Origin: Parapedobacter sp. 2B3
GTDB taxonomy: Bacteria > Bacteroidota > Bacteroidia > Sphingobacteriales > Sphingobacteriaceae
Direction: 5' to 3'
Length of the DNA stretch: 64,000 nucleotides
Assembly (NCBI RefSeq): GCF_041925275.1
Contig: NZ_JBHEUZ010000014.1
Location: 1 to 64,000 of the forward strand
The position numbers and the translations under genes are program-made. This document shows, piece by piece, positions 8,966-18,239 of the stretch; position 1 is the stretch's first letter, and every line of letters starts with the position of its first letter. The notes beneath the pieces were generated by a model. The model searched no databases and was not told the DNA's origin. It saw only the letters and a list, made by a program, of their open reading frames with translations.

Positions 8966-11900
8966 TTAACTTAACCACACCCGTAATAAGGAGAGTAACT
9001 TATTGACGTCAACTGGCTTAGCGATGTAATCGCTCGCGCCAACATCAAGTACATGTTGCCGATCTCCTTGCATGGCCTTGGCCGTAACCGCGATGATGGG
9101 CAACTCCACGAATCTTTTGTCCTCCCGGATTCTCGTAATCGCCTCATAACCGTCCATTTCGGGCATCATGATATCCATCAAAACCAAATCGACGCTGGGG
9201 TTGTTTTGTAACGCGTCCAGTGCCTCCCGCCCGTTATTGGCTGTTTCAATGGTCAGTTTGTATGGGGCAAATACCGAGCTCAATGCAAAAATATTCCGCA
9301 TATCGTCATCCACTAGCAAGATATGCTTGCCGTTGAGTACATCGTCCATGTGGATGGTTTCCGATTCGTCCCGAACCGATTGGACCCGGCTGGGAACGGA
9401 TTTGTCGTCATTAAGCCTGTTGATGAATAGGTGAACCTCGTCAAGAATACGGCGATTGGACTTGTCTGATTTCAATACCATGGTTTGGGTATGTTGCAAG
9501 ATACGGCTCACTATTTCGGTGGTGAGTTCCATCGCCGTATTGATGATCACGGGTATGTCTGCATATAGGGGGATCTGCTTAATCTGGTCGAGCAGGTCGA
9601 CCCCCGATATATCGGGCAAGACAATGTCCAGCACGATGCAGTCGTAACGTTCCTCCGATTCCAGGAAGTCCAGCGCTTCGGTACCGGTAAATGCCTGCCT
9701 TACGTCTACCCCGCCATCCAAGAGGAATGCTTTCAGGTTTTCACTTTGGATTTCGTGGTCTTCCACAACCAATACTTTCTTCAGTGGCGATGCGGTGATT
9801 TTGTGCAGGTGGGCGAACACCTCGTCGAGCGATTTCCTATCGATGGGTTTTTTTAAGAATCCCACCGCTTCGGCTTCCATACCGCTCTCTTTGGATTGGC
9901 CGGCCGACATGAGGTGCACAGGGATGTGTTGGGTTGCCGGATTGTTTTTTAATTTCTTGAGCACAGTCCATCCGTCGACGACAGGTAGCATGATGTCGAG
10001 GATGATGGCATCGGGCAGCAAATCGATGGCCATCTGCAGTCCGGTATCCCCTTGGCGGGCGAGCAGCGCGTCAAACCCTTGGTCCTTGGCATAGGTGGTC
10101 AGGATGTCGGCAAAATACGGGTCGTCTTCTACGATCAGCAAGCGCTTTGGCCAGGCAGGTTCCTGTACCCCTCGCTGCGGGAGCGCCCCCTGCACTACCG
10201 GCATATGGGGCTGGTTGTCCGGCTTATCCGGCAGGGGCTCGGTATAAGCCGCGGTCGCGTCTATTTCGGGCCCGTTTCGCAGCGGGAGGAACAAGGTAAA
10301 GGTGCTGCCTTTGCCCACTCCACTAGCCACGTGGATGTGACCCCCAAGGAGCGTTGCAAGTTCCCTGCAAATGGACAATCCCAGGCCGGTGCCGCCAAAT
10401 TGACGGCTCGTGGAACCATCTGCCTGCTTGAAGGCTTCGAAAATCAGTTGCTGCTTTTTTTGGGCGATGCCCACACCGGTGTCTGATACGGCGATCGCGA
10501 TGGCTTGGTCTGCCGTTATCCCTCCCGCCAATTCGCCATCCCAGCCGGGCGCTTCGCCCGCCGGTGTAAACTGCAACTCCACCCGGCCCTTTTCTTTCGT
10601 GAATTTGAATGCGTTGGAGAGCAGGTTCCTAAGTATTTGCCGTAGGCGCTGTTCATCTGTGGCGATGCGCGCAGGTAGTCCCTCGTTCACCGTGATACGG
10701 AACTCGATCGCTTTACTGTCTGCGACACTGCTGAAAAGGTCAAGCATATCTTCGGCGATGGACGACAAGGTGATGTCTTCCCACAACAGCTCAACATTGC
10801 CCGATTCGATTTTCGATAAATCGAGTATGTTGTTGATCAGGTCGAGCAGGTCTGAACCCGCGTTATGGATAACGGATACATATTTTACTTGTTCGGGCAG
10901 TAAGTTACCTGTTTTGTTGTCTTCAAGCAATTTCGCGAGGATAAGTATGCTGTTGAGCGGAGTGCGCAATTCGTGGCTCATATTGGCCAGAAATTCCGAT
11001 TTATATCTGCCCGATTGTTCCAGTTCGCCCACTTTCAATGCAATGGATTGGCGGGCTAGCTCGATGGAAATATTGCGTTCTTCCAGTAACCTTGCTTTTT
11101 CTTCGAGTGCTAGGTTAGCGTGTTTAAGTTCTTCCTGCTGCACCCGCAATTCTTCCTGCTGAGCCTCCAATTCTTCTGCCTGTTGCTGCGTTTCTTCATA
11201 GAGGAGGGTAAGCGTTGTATGTGCCTGCGCTACTTTACTGGCCACGGCCAAAGAAATGCCTGCCCGTTGCAGGAATTGGAGGGTTTCTTTGTCGACCTCA
11301 CGGAAAAAGCCGATCTCCATTACGCCGAGCACTTCCTCTTCGTAAACCAGGGGTTGAATGACAATGTTTTTCGGCTCGGTTTTTCCCAAAGAGGATGTGA
11401 TGGTGAGGTAATTTTCGGGTATATGCGATAATACAAGTTGTTTTTTGGCAGAAATACTCTCGCCCGCCAATCCCTGGCCATCCATGATCTTAGGAGGAAT
11501 GTTTTTTGTCTCAACGGCATACGACCCCGCATGGACATATACTTCTTCCCGGGAAAAGCTTTTGAGGTAAATCATTCCGACCTTTGCTTGTACATGTTGG
11601 CAAACCGTCCGGATCGCATTGGTGGCTATTTCTTTTTCGCTACGCCCACCACGCGTATGGTTATCCAGGGCAGCCAAGCCGCTGAGTATCCAATTGTCTA
11701 CCTCTTTTGTTTTCGATAGTTTATTGAGGTCACGGTTGGATTTGCGGATGCGGTAGGCGATTTCCTTGTAGTGTTCAAAGGTTTTTGTGATATAAACCAA
11801 CAGCCACACAATGAGCGCAAAGACCAATACCGAGGTGACAATGAAGGTGGTCCGGATACTGGCAAGTGTGGTATCGGCCACCTCTACCTGGTTGAAGAGC

Positions 11901-11995
11901 AAGGTGAGGTAGCGTAAACTAACAAGCAGGATCGCGATCAGGAGTGAGAAGCCTAGATAGATGTGTACCCTGAAGGTTAGTCGTTTCATAATCAA
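8966..11995 (-). CDS. Membrane-anchored GAF-domain hybrid sensor histidine kinase with three C-terminal receiver domains
   Basis: 1009 aa; two N-terminal TM helices; GAF-like region about aa 110-250; Q/E-rich coiled coil aa 265-330; H-box 'ANMSHELRTPLNS'; HATPase 'DTGVGI...GGTGLGLSICREL'; three D-x-x-P receivers ('LLIVEDDP', 'VLVVEDHE', 'ILLVDDDM'). Confidence 0.85.
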   Translation of the reverse strand: MIMKRLTFRVHIYLGFSLLIAILLVSLRYLTLLFNQVEVADTTLASIRTTFIVTSVLVFALIVWLLVYITKTFEHYKEIAYRIRKSNRDLNKLSKTKEVDNWILSGLAALDNHTRGGRSEKEIATNAIRTVCQHVQAKVGMIYLKSFSREEVYVHAGSYAVETKNIPPKIMDGQGLAGESISAKKQLVLSHIPENYLTITSSLGKTEPKNIVIQPLVYEEEVLGVMEIGFFREVDKETLQFLQRAGISLAVASKVAQAHTTLTLLYEETQQQAEELEAQQEELRVQQEELKHANLALEEKARLLEERNISIELARQSIALKVGELEQSGRYKSEFLANMSHELRTPLNSILILAKLLEDNKTGNLLPEQVKYVSVIHNAGSDLLDLINNILDLSKIESGNVELLWEDITLSSIAEDMLDLFSSVADSKAIEFRITVNEGLPARIATDEQRLRQILRNLLSNAFKFTKEKGRVELQFTPAGEAPGWDGELAGGITADQAIAIAVSDTGVGIAQKKQQLIFEAFKQADGSTSRQFGGTGLGLSICRELATLLGGHIHVASGVGKGSTFTLFLPLRNGPEIDATAAYTEPLPDKPDNQPHMPVVQGALPQRGVQEPAWPKRLLIVEDDPYFADILTTYAKDQGFDALLARQGDTGLQMAIDLLPDAIILDIMLPVVDGWTVLKKLKNNPATQHIPVHLMSAGQSKESGMEAEAVGFLKKPIDRKSLDEVFAHLHKITASPLKKVLVVEDHEIQSENLKAFLLDGGVDVRQAFTGTEALDFLESEERYDCIVLDIVLPDISGVDLLDQIKQIPLYADIPVIINTAMELTTEIVSRILQHTQTMVLKSDKSNRRILDEVHLFINRLNDDKSVPSRVQSVRDESETIHMDDVLNGKHILLVDDDMRNIFALSSVFAPYKLTIETANNGREALDALQNNPSVDLVLMDIMMPEMDGYEAITRIREDKRFVELPIIAVTAKAMQGDRQHVLDVGASDYIAKPVDVNKLLSLLRVWLS

Positions 11996-12075
11996 CTTGC
12001 TTTACCCCGATTCCTGCAAAAGTACGAAAAGTCAAGATATGAATCACACGCTTGTTACAAGTTCGAATCGGAAGG

Positions 12076-13302
12076 TCAAAGTATCGGATGCCTTTCGAAT
12101 GGCTTGGTAGGGTCAAATAAGTAGCGGTAGGTGTGGTGCGTTTTATAGATGGTGCCGCCGATATACCGGGCTACGTTCATCATTTTAGGGTTGAAATCGC
12201 CAATCCAATTCATCTGTATCTCTTCATACCGTACTTGCGAGGGATCTTGTACCACCTTTGTTGCGGCTACTACCAACGCGGCCTCCACTCCCTTCCGCTG
12301 GTGGTCTGGCACCACGCCGAATACGATGCCGAACATGGTCCTGCAGCGTTTGCGCCATCGGTTCCAGACGAACAGCAGTTTGCCCCACAGGGTCAGTCTT
12401 CCATCCATGTATTTGACGATGAGCTGATTTACGTCCGGTATATTCACCCAGAAAGCCACGGGTTGGCCGCGGTAGTAAGCAAACCATATGATTTTCGGGT
12501 CGACAATGGGTTTCATGCTTTGCATGAGCTTGCGGGCGTTTCCCACACTCATAGGGCCCACACCCTCGTGCCTCGCCCAGGCCTCGTTGTATACCGTACA
12601 GAAATCTTCGGCTGCTTTATCAAGTCTGTCGGCCCGTATATGGCTGAAGGTATAGCCGGCGTCTTGGAGCGTATTCATCGCTTTCTCGCTGACCTTGCTA
12701 GATAGCTTGGCGGCGATTTCGCGGCGGTAGGTGAATTGCTTGAAATAGACTTGGAAGCCGTATCGTTCGAATAATCGCTGGTAATAGGGCGGGTTGTAGT
12801 TGCAGCAATAGCACGGCGGATGGAAACCGTCTACAAGAAGGCCCCACCAGCGTTCGCGGTTGCCGAAATTGATTGGCCCGTCCATCGCCTGTATGCCTTT
12901 TTCCTGCAGCCATTCCTTTGCGGCATTGAAAAGTAGGTCGGCGGCCTGTTGATTGTCCACGCATTCGAAAAAACCACAGCCGCCGACGGGAAATTCGTCC
13001 CCCTCGAACGTACTGTTATTATAGAATGCCGCGATACGGCCGATGAAGCGGCCGTTGCCGTCGCGGAGCAGCCACCGGGCGCAATGGCCCGTGCGATGGC
13101 GCGGATTGGCGTCCGGATCGAATACCCGGTGCACGTCGTTATCAAACGGACGGATGTAATGTGGATCATCGCTGTACAACGTGGGCGCCATCGTTACGAA
13201 CGCCCGGGCCAGTTGCTCTCCGGTAACGGGTATGATTTCCATAGCTGCTGTCGAATCGATTCTGTCGGTGCTAAAAATAGCGGTTTGTTCCCGCTTCTCC
13301 AA
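12076..13302 (-). CDS. Putative GNAT-fold / FemAB-like acyltransferase (uncharacterised family)
   Basis: 408 aa; C-terminal 'VFGVVPDHQRKGVEAALVV' resembles GNAT motif A (R/Q-x-x-G-x-G/A); start could be the internal Met at 13242. Confidence 0.35.
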   Translation of the reverse strand: MEKREQTAIFSTDRIDSTAAMEIIPVTGEQLARAFVTMAPTLYSDDPHYIRPFDNDVHRVFDPDANPRHRTGHCARWLLRDGNGRFIGRIAAFYNNSTFEGDEFPVGGCGFFECVDNQQAADLLFNAAKEWLQEKGIQAMDGPINFGNRERWWGLLVDGFHPPCYCCNYNPPYYQRLFERYGFQVYFKQFTYRREIAAKLSSKVSEKAMNTLQDAGYTFSHIRADRLDKAAEDFCTVYNEAWARHEGVGPMSVGNARKLMQSMKPIVDPKIIWFAYYRGQPVAFWVNIPDVNQLIVKYMDGRLTLWGKLLFVWNRWRKRCRTMFGIVFGVVPDHQRKGVEAALVVAATKVVQDPSQVRYEEIQMNWIGDFNPKMMNVARYIGGTIYKTHHTYRYLFDPTKPFERHPIL

Positions 13303-13397
13303 GCGTATCCTGTGGGTTGGTGTCCATTCGGCATAAAAAAAGAGGTTGCTTGCAACGAATTGCGCTATGATGCGTCTTATAGGAAATAGTAACGATT

Positions 13398-14111
13398 ATG
13401 AATACAAGACTATCATCATTGGGCTGGCTGGTATTATTGTTGCCCTTTCTAGGTGTGGGCCTGGCCCATGCAGCGCTATCACCCTCATTCGGAGACGAAA
13501 CGCGCAATGTATCGGGGTTTCATGCCGTCGCCAATAGCGGGCACATCGTCGTCGAAGTGCGGTTGGATGGTAAAGAATCCGTCCGCCTAGCAGGGGACGA
13601 TGCGGCTATCCGGCAAATCGAAACCATTGTGGAAGGGGGTACCTTGAAGATCCGGTTTAAACGGCAATCGCAGCGCAGCAATTGGGGTAAGGTTACCGCC
13701 TACGTATCGGCGAAGCGGCTTGATGGACTATCGCAATCCGGCTCGGGCAGCATTACGGTATCGGACGTTATTTCGGGGAAGGAGCTTAACGCGTCATTGA
13801 GTGGTTCGGGGCGGATAACGTTTGAAGCGGCCACTGAGGCATGTAACGCATCGATAAGCGGCTCTGGACGTATACTTGCCACCGGAAGGGCTACGCAATG
13901 CAATGCATCGATCAGTGGTTCGGGCGTTTTCGATGGCGGTGAATTGAAAAGCCAAACCGCTAGCCTTAAGGTTTCGGGTTCGGGCAATATGAATATCCAT
14001 GTGGATCGGCAATTGGATGCATCCATCAGCGGTTCGGGAAATATCACGTATACCGGCGATGCGCAGACGAATGTACGGACCTCCGGTTCGGGCAGGGTAC
14101 GGAAGCGGTAA
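13398..14111 (+). CDS. Secreted DUF2807 / GIN-domain (putative adhesin head) protein with 7 internal SGSG repeats
   Basis: Signal peptide; repeated '(A/L)S(I/L)SGSG.I' about every 19-20 aa. Confidence 0.55.
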   Translation: MNTRLSSLGWLVLLLPFLGVGLAHAALSPSFGDETRNVSGFHAVANSGHIVVEVRLDGKESVRLAGDDAAIRQIETIVEGGTLKIRFKRQSQRSNWGKVTAYVSAKRLDGLSQSGSGSITVSDVISGKELNASLSGSGRITFEAATEACNASISGSGRILATGRATQCNASISGSGVFDGGELKSQTASLKVSGSGNMNIHVDRQLDASISGSGNITYTGDAQTNVRTSGSGRVRKR

Positions 14112-14252
14112 GCAGCATGGGCATGCCGTTATCCATCGGTCGGCCAACCATGCTGTCGTAGCTTTTGGCGGAAAAGGTTAATTTTTTTGAGTGCGCAGCC
14201 AAAAAAGTTGTATCTTTAGGAGCATAAACGCACTATAAAACGTATTGAACCC

Positions 14253-15251
14253 ATGGATCCGAGTATTACCCCCATTTTGATTATCGTAGGCGCTATTGTT
14301 GCCTTTTTCTTCCTGCTGTATCTCCTTCCCGTAAACCTGTGGTTTACAGCCCAGTTGTCGGGAGTCCGTATCAATCTGTTGAACCTGCTGCTGATGCGGC
14401 TCCGGAAAGTTTCCCCCGCACTGGTCACCAATGCCATGATTACTTCCACCAAAGCGGGATTGGATATCACGTCGAACGAGATCGAAACCCATTATTTAGC
14501 CGGCGGCAATGTCAATAATGTGATCAAAGCATTGATTTCTGCCGATAAGGCAAACATCCCGTTGGACTTCAAGCTGGCCACGGCGATTGATCTGGCCGGT
14601 CGCGATGTGTTTGACGCCGTGCAGCTATCGGTCAACCCACGGGTTATCAACACGCCGCCCGTGGCGGCCGTGGCGAAAGATGGTATCCAGCTTATTGCCA
14701 AAGCGAGGGTGACGGTAAGGGCCAATATCAACCAACTGGTAGGTGGTGCCGGCGAAGAGACCATCCTCGCCCGGGTGGGCGAGGGGATTGTTACGACCAT
14801 CGGATCGGCGGCAAATCACAAAGAAGTACTGGAAAATCCCGACCGTATCTCAAAAACCGTCTTGGCAAAAGGTCTGGATAGCGGTACTGCATTCGAGATC
14901 CTGTCTATCGACATCGCCGATATCGATATCGGCGAGAACATCGGGGCGAAATTGCAGACCGACCAAGCGGAGGCGGACCTCAAAGTGGCCAACGCACGTG
15001 CGGAAGAACGGCGGGCGATGGCTGTCGCCTCCGAGCAGGAAATGCGCGCCAAAGCGCAGGAGGCCCGGGCGAAGGTCATCGAAGCGGAGGCACAGGTGCC
15101 ATTGGCCATGGCAGAAGCATTCCGTAGCGGCAACCTGGGCGTAATGGATTACTACCGGATGCAGAATATCCAGGCCGACACCGATATGCGTGGGTCTATC
15201 GCCAAACCCGGTGGCGAGGCTGGCAAAGGCGGTGGCAGCAATAAAGGTTAA
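14253..15251 (+). CDS. floA: Flotillin-like protein FloA (SPFH family, YqfA/UPF0365)
   Basis: 332 aa; N-terminal TM '[18 protein letters not shown]'; '[18 protein letters not shown]...' typical FloA; A/E/R-rich C-terminus. Confidence 0.8.
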   Translation: MDPSITPILIIVGAIVAFFFLLYLLPVNLWFTAQLSGVRINLLNLLLMRLRKVSPALVTNAMITSTKAGLDITSNEIETHYLAGGNVNNVIKALISADKANIPLDFKLATAIDLAGRDVFDAVQLSVNPRVINTPPVAAVAKDGIQLIAKARVTVRANINQLVGGAGEETILARVGEGIVTTIGSAANHKEVLENPDRISKTVLAKGLDSGTAFEILSIDIADIDIGENIGAKLQTDQAEADLKVANARAEERRAMAVASEQEMRAKAQEARAKVIEAEAQVPLAMAEAFRSGNLGVMDYYRMQNIQADTDMRGSIAKPGGEAGKGGGSNKG

Positions 15252-15257
15252 AAATCA

Positions 15258-15300
15258 AACAACCGTTTGTTTTGCCCGAGACAAACGGTTGTTTTCTTTC
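15258..15300 (+). terminator. Intrinsic terminator after floA (13-bp stem aacaaccgtttgt/acaaacggttgtt + T-rich tail)
   Basis: caaacaaccgtttgttttgcccgagacaaacggttgttttctttc. Confidence 0.55.
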
Positions 15301-15374
15301 GGGATGTTTTTTCATCACCTTCTTCTGGTAATTTCCGTCTATATTGGTGGTTCATTCGTTAAAGATAACGCACT

Positions 15375-16703
15375 ATGAAGATTGAATTTATTGCCATTCC
15401 GTTGTTTGTTTCCACCTTCTTTCTGATGTCGTCGTGCTCCGCACAGGATGCCCATCCCCATGGCGGCCCTACGCCGGATAGTCACGCCCAGTTCGTGCCC
15501 ATTGGTGGCAATACCTGGCAGCTGCCGCAGGAATCGCGACAGACGAGCTTCCTGGGAGAGCGTGGGGTAAATGGATGGGATGATACCTCCTACTTTTTCC
15601 AAAGCTACATCCGGTTCGCCGATAAGGGTAAACTTAGGCTTTGGCTGAGCTTGGAAAGCGATTCGGAAGATGCGAGGGTGTCGGTAGCCATCAACGGCGA
15701 GACCAAGGAAGTGCATATACCGGCCGATTTCTCCGGCGATGTTTTTGCCGGTACCTGGGCGGTTACCGACACCGGTTACGCGATGGTAACGCTGCGCGGC
15801 ATTGATCGGGGCGGGGTGCATTTCCCGCGAATCGGTGGGTACCGTATCGACGGCAGTGCAGTGTCTCCAGCTACCGCATATGTGAAAAACAATACCGGTG
15901 ATTTTTTCTATTGGGGCCGTAGGGGGCCATCGGTGCATCTCAATTACCGCGTCCCTGCCGATAAAGCCATCAAATGGTACTACAATGAAATCACCGTTCC
16001 CGAGGGGGATGACGTGGTTGGTTCCTATTACATGGCAAATGGTTTCAGGGGTGGCTATTTTGGTATCCAGGTGAATAGTGAAATTGAGCGGCGCATATTG
16101 TTTTCCGTTTGGAGCCCCTATGAAACGGATAATCCGGATGAGATACCGGAAGCGCAGCAGATTAAGCTATTGCGAAAGGGCGCAGATGTGCATACCGGTG
16201 AATTTGGTAACGAAGGATCGGGCGGACAGAGTTACCTCCGTTACCCGTGGAAGGCAGGGCATACGTACCGGTTTTTGCTGAGTGGCGAGCCCGTAGGGAA
16301 TAACCATACCGTATATACTGCTTGGTTCTTTGCTCCCGAAAAGGGAGAGTGGATGCTGATTGCCAGCTTCAGCCGTCCCGACACGGATACATGGTTGGAA
16401 GGTTTCCATTCGTTTTTGGAAAATTTCAGTCCGCAGCAAGGGCGTTACGAACGCCGCGTCTTTTTTGGGAACCAATGGGTGGCCGATAGGGATGGCAATT
16501 GGTACGAAATTACAGCGGCTAAGTTTACCGCAGACAATACGGCCCGGGTCGGATACCGGTTGGATTACGGTGGGGGCGAAGCAGGTAATCGTTTTTTCCT
16601 GCGAAACTGTGGTTTTTTTGCCGATTACACGGTGATCGATACTTTTTTTGAGCGCACGGCGGAGGGTAAGCAGCCAACGGTTGATCTTTCTACATTGCCC
16701 TAA
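15375..16703 (+). CDS. Lipoprotein of the DUF5077/DUF3472 type (Bacteroidota-specific, function unknown)
   Basis: 442 aa; signal + 'LMSSCSAQ' lipobox; family assignment from memory of conserved blocks (YWGRRGP..., W..I.A.F), not verified. Confidence 0.4.
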   Translation: MKIEFIAIPLFVSTFFLMSSCSAQDAHPHGGPTPDSHAQFVPIGGNTWQLPQESRQTSFLGERGVNGWDDTSYFFQSYIRFADKGKLRLWLSLESDSEDARVSVAINGETKEVHIPADFSGDVFAGTWAVTDTGYAMVTLRGIDRGGVHFPRIGGYRIDGSAVSPATAYVKNNTGDFFYWGRRGPSVHLNYRVPADKAIKWYYNEITVPEGDDVVGSYYMANGFRGGYFGIQVNSEIERRILFSVWSPYETDNPDEIPEAQQIKLLRKGADVHTGEFGNEGSGGQSYLRYPWKAGHTYRFLLSGEPVGNNHTVYTAWFFAPEKGEWMLIASFSRPDTDTWLEGFHSFLENFSPQQGRYERRVFFGNQWVADRDGNWYEITAAKFTADNTARVGYRLDYGGGEAGNRFFLRNCGFFADYTVIDTFFERTAEGKQPTVDLSTLP

Positions 16704-16707
16704 AAAA

Positions 16708-16742
16708 ACAAAACCCCGGTGATGGGCACCGGGGTTTGTTAC
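16708..16742 (+). terminator. Intrinsic terminator (aaaccccggtg / caccggggttt)
   Basis: aaaaaaacaaaaccccggtgatgggcaccggggtttgtta immediately after the stop codon. Confidence 0.65.
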
Positions 16743-17127
16743 TAACCAATTATAAACCTAAATTATGAAAAGACAACCTAAATCCCCAGTGTTATCCGGG
16801 CTAAAATCTTTATGCAAAGATATGTACTTTTTTTAATTTCCAACAATAGTTTTGTCGATGAATTGTCAAAAGAACTTCCGCTGAATCCGCGTCCACAAAC
16901 ATCATCCGCGTTTTCAGGGTGGTATTATCAAACCTCGTGCCAAACTGTAATTTTGGCTTACTTAGTGTTTTCTGTACACCAAATAGTGTCGCAGTAGGGC
17001 GTTGCTAGTTTCGGACCTTTTCCATTAACCCATACAGGGTGTCTGGATTTGTCTACAAAATGTTTTTTGGATTATACATTTTTAGGCTGCATATTTTGTT
17101 TTAAGTTTGGCCTATATTAGGTGGTAT

Positions 17128-17652
17128 ATGATATTATTTGATCGGTTTAAACAGGTGAAAGCTTTCATTTTTGCTGTCGACGGCGTATGCGCGGATGGTA
17201 AGGTATGGGTATCTGCGCATGGCGAGCCGTGGTCTGCGTTCCATCATCGTGATCGGTATGCCTTGCATTCGGCCGCGCAGCATTATCCCGTCGCATTGGT
17301 TGGAAACGGGTATGCCCCCGGAAGCGCCCAATGCCTGCAAGGGTTGAACCTGGCTGATTTGTTGCTTGCAACGGGCGACAAAAAGGCGGTATTGGGTGAC
17401 TGGATGTCAGACCGGGGGGTGGAAGCGGAAAATGTGTTGTGTATGGGGGGCGACGTGACCGATTTGGACGCCCTGATGGTGGCCGGATTCGGTACGTGCC
17501 CTGCTGATGCAGCGGACGACGTCAAAGCCATGGCTGCTTATATTTCGCCTTTTAGTGGTGGATCGGGCGCGGTGCGCGATGTCATCGAGAAGGTAATGAA
17601 ACTCCAAGGCACATGGGGTGTCGGCGGAGGTTCTCAATTGTCGGCCCTATGA
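17128..17652 (+). CDS. kdsC: HAD-family phosphatase, KdsC-like (3-deoxy-D-manno-octulosonate-8-phosphate phosphatase)
   Basis: 'KAFIFAVDGVCADGKVW' HAD motif I (DxD variant); about 175 aa as in the YrbI/KdsC family; the ORF-track start at 17107 is a TTG, and ATG 17128 is the likelier start. Confidence 0.65.
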   Translation: MILFDRFKQVKAFIFAVDGVCADGKVWVSAHGEPWSAFHHRDRYALHSAAQHYPVALVGNGYAPGSAQCLQGLNLADLLLATGDKKAVLGDWMSDRGVEAENVLCMGGDVTDLDALMVAGFGTCPADAADDVKAMAAYISPFSGGSGAVRDVIEKVMKLQGTWGVGGGSQLSAL

Positions 17653-18233
17653 AGGTTATCCTCGCTTCGCAATCGCCCCGCCGCCGGGAGCTCTTGTCGC
17701 TTATGGGAATCCCTTTTGAGGTAATTGTGCGTGGGGTCAACGAAGATTTCCCCGGTCAACTAGACCCGATAGGTGTGGTGCGGCATATTGCCGAAAAGAA
17801 GGCAATGGTTTTTAATGGGAAAGTTGCCGATGAGCTGGTTATCGCGGCCGACACGATCGTGACGGTAGACGGCCAAATCCTCGGCAAGCCGAAAGACCGG
17901 GCCGAGGCCGTCCGCATGCTCACGCGTCTGTCCGGCAGGAAACATGAGGTGATAACCGCCGTAACGTTGCTATACAACGGCCGTATCCTTACATTCCACG
18001 AGGTCACCGCGGTTTACTTCCGGGTATTGACCCAAGGGGAAATCGACTATTATGTCGATCGCTACCATCCGTTTGACAAAGCTGGCGCCTACGGTATCCA
18101 GGAGTGGATTGGCGCGGTTGCTATTGAGCAAATCGTGGGTTCGTATACCAACGTGGTAGGGCTGCCTACCCAGCAGCTCTACCACGTGCTCAGATCGTCT
18201 TTCCCCGAAGCGCTGCCACCTAATGTTTCTTAA
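17649..18233 (+). CDS. maf: Maf-like nucleoside triphosphate pyrophosphatase
   Basis: 'MKVILASQSPRRRELLSLMGIPFEV' canonical Maf N-terminus; ATG overlaps the kdsC stop (ATGA). Confidence 0.85.
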   Translation: MKVILASQSPRRRELLSLMGIPFEVIVRGVNEDFPGQLDPIGVVRHIAEKKAMVFNGKVADELVIAADTIVTVDGQILGKPKDRAEAVRMLTRLSGRKHEVITAVTLLYNGRILTFHEVTAVYFRVLTQGEIDYYVDRYHPFDKAGAYGIQEWIGAVAIEQIVGSYTNVVGLPTQQLYHVLRSSFPEALPPNVS

Positions 18234-18239
18234 CCAACG

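Noticed and set aside
12040-12075. GTTCGAATC (T-psi-C-loop-like) string suggesting a tRNA
   Set aside because: No acceptor stem, D-arm or anticodon arm can be drawn around it. An isolated 9-mer match only.
16743-17106. 400-bp intergenic region that could hide an sRNA or riboswitch upstream of kdsC
   Set aside because: No conserved riboswitch motif or stable structure recognisable by eye. AT-rich promoter-like DNA only.
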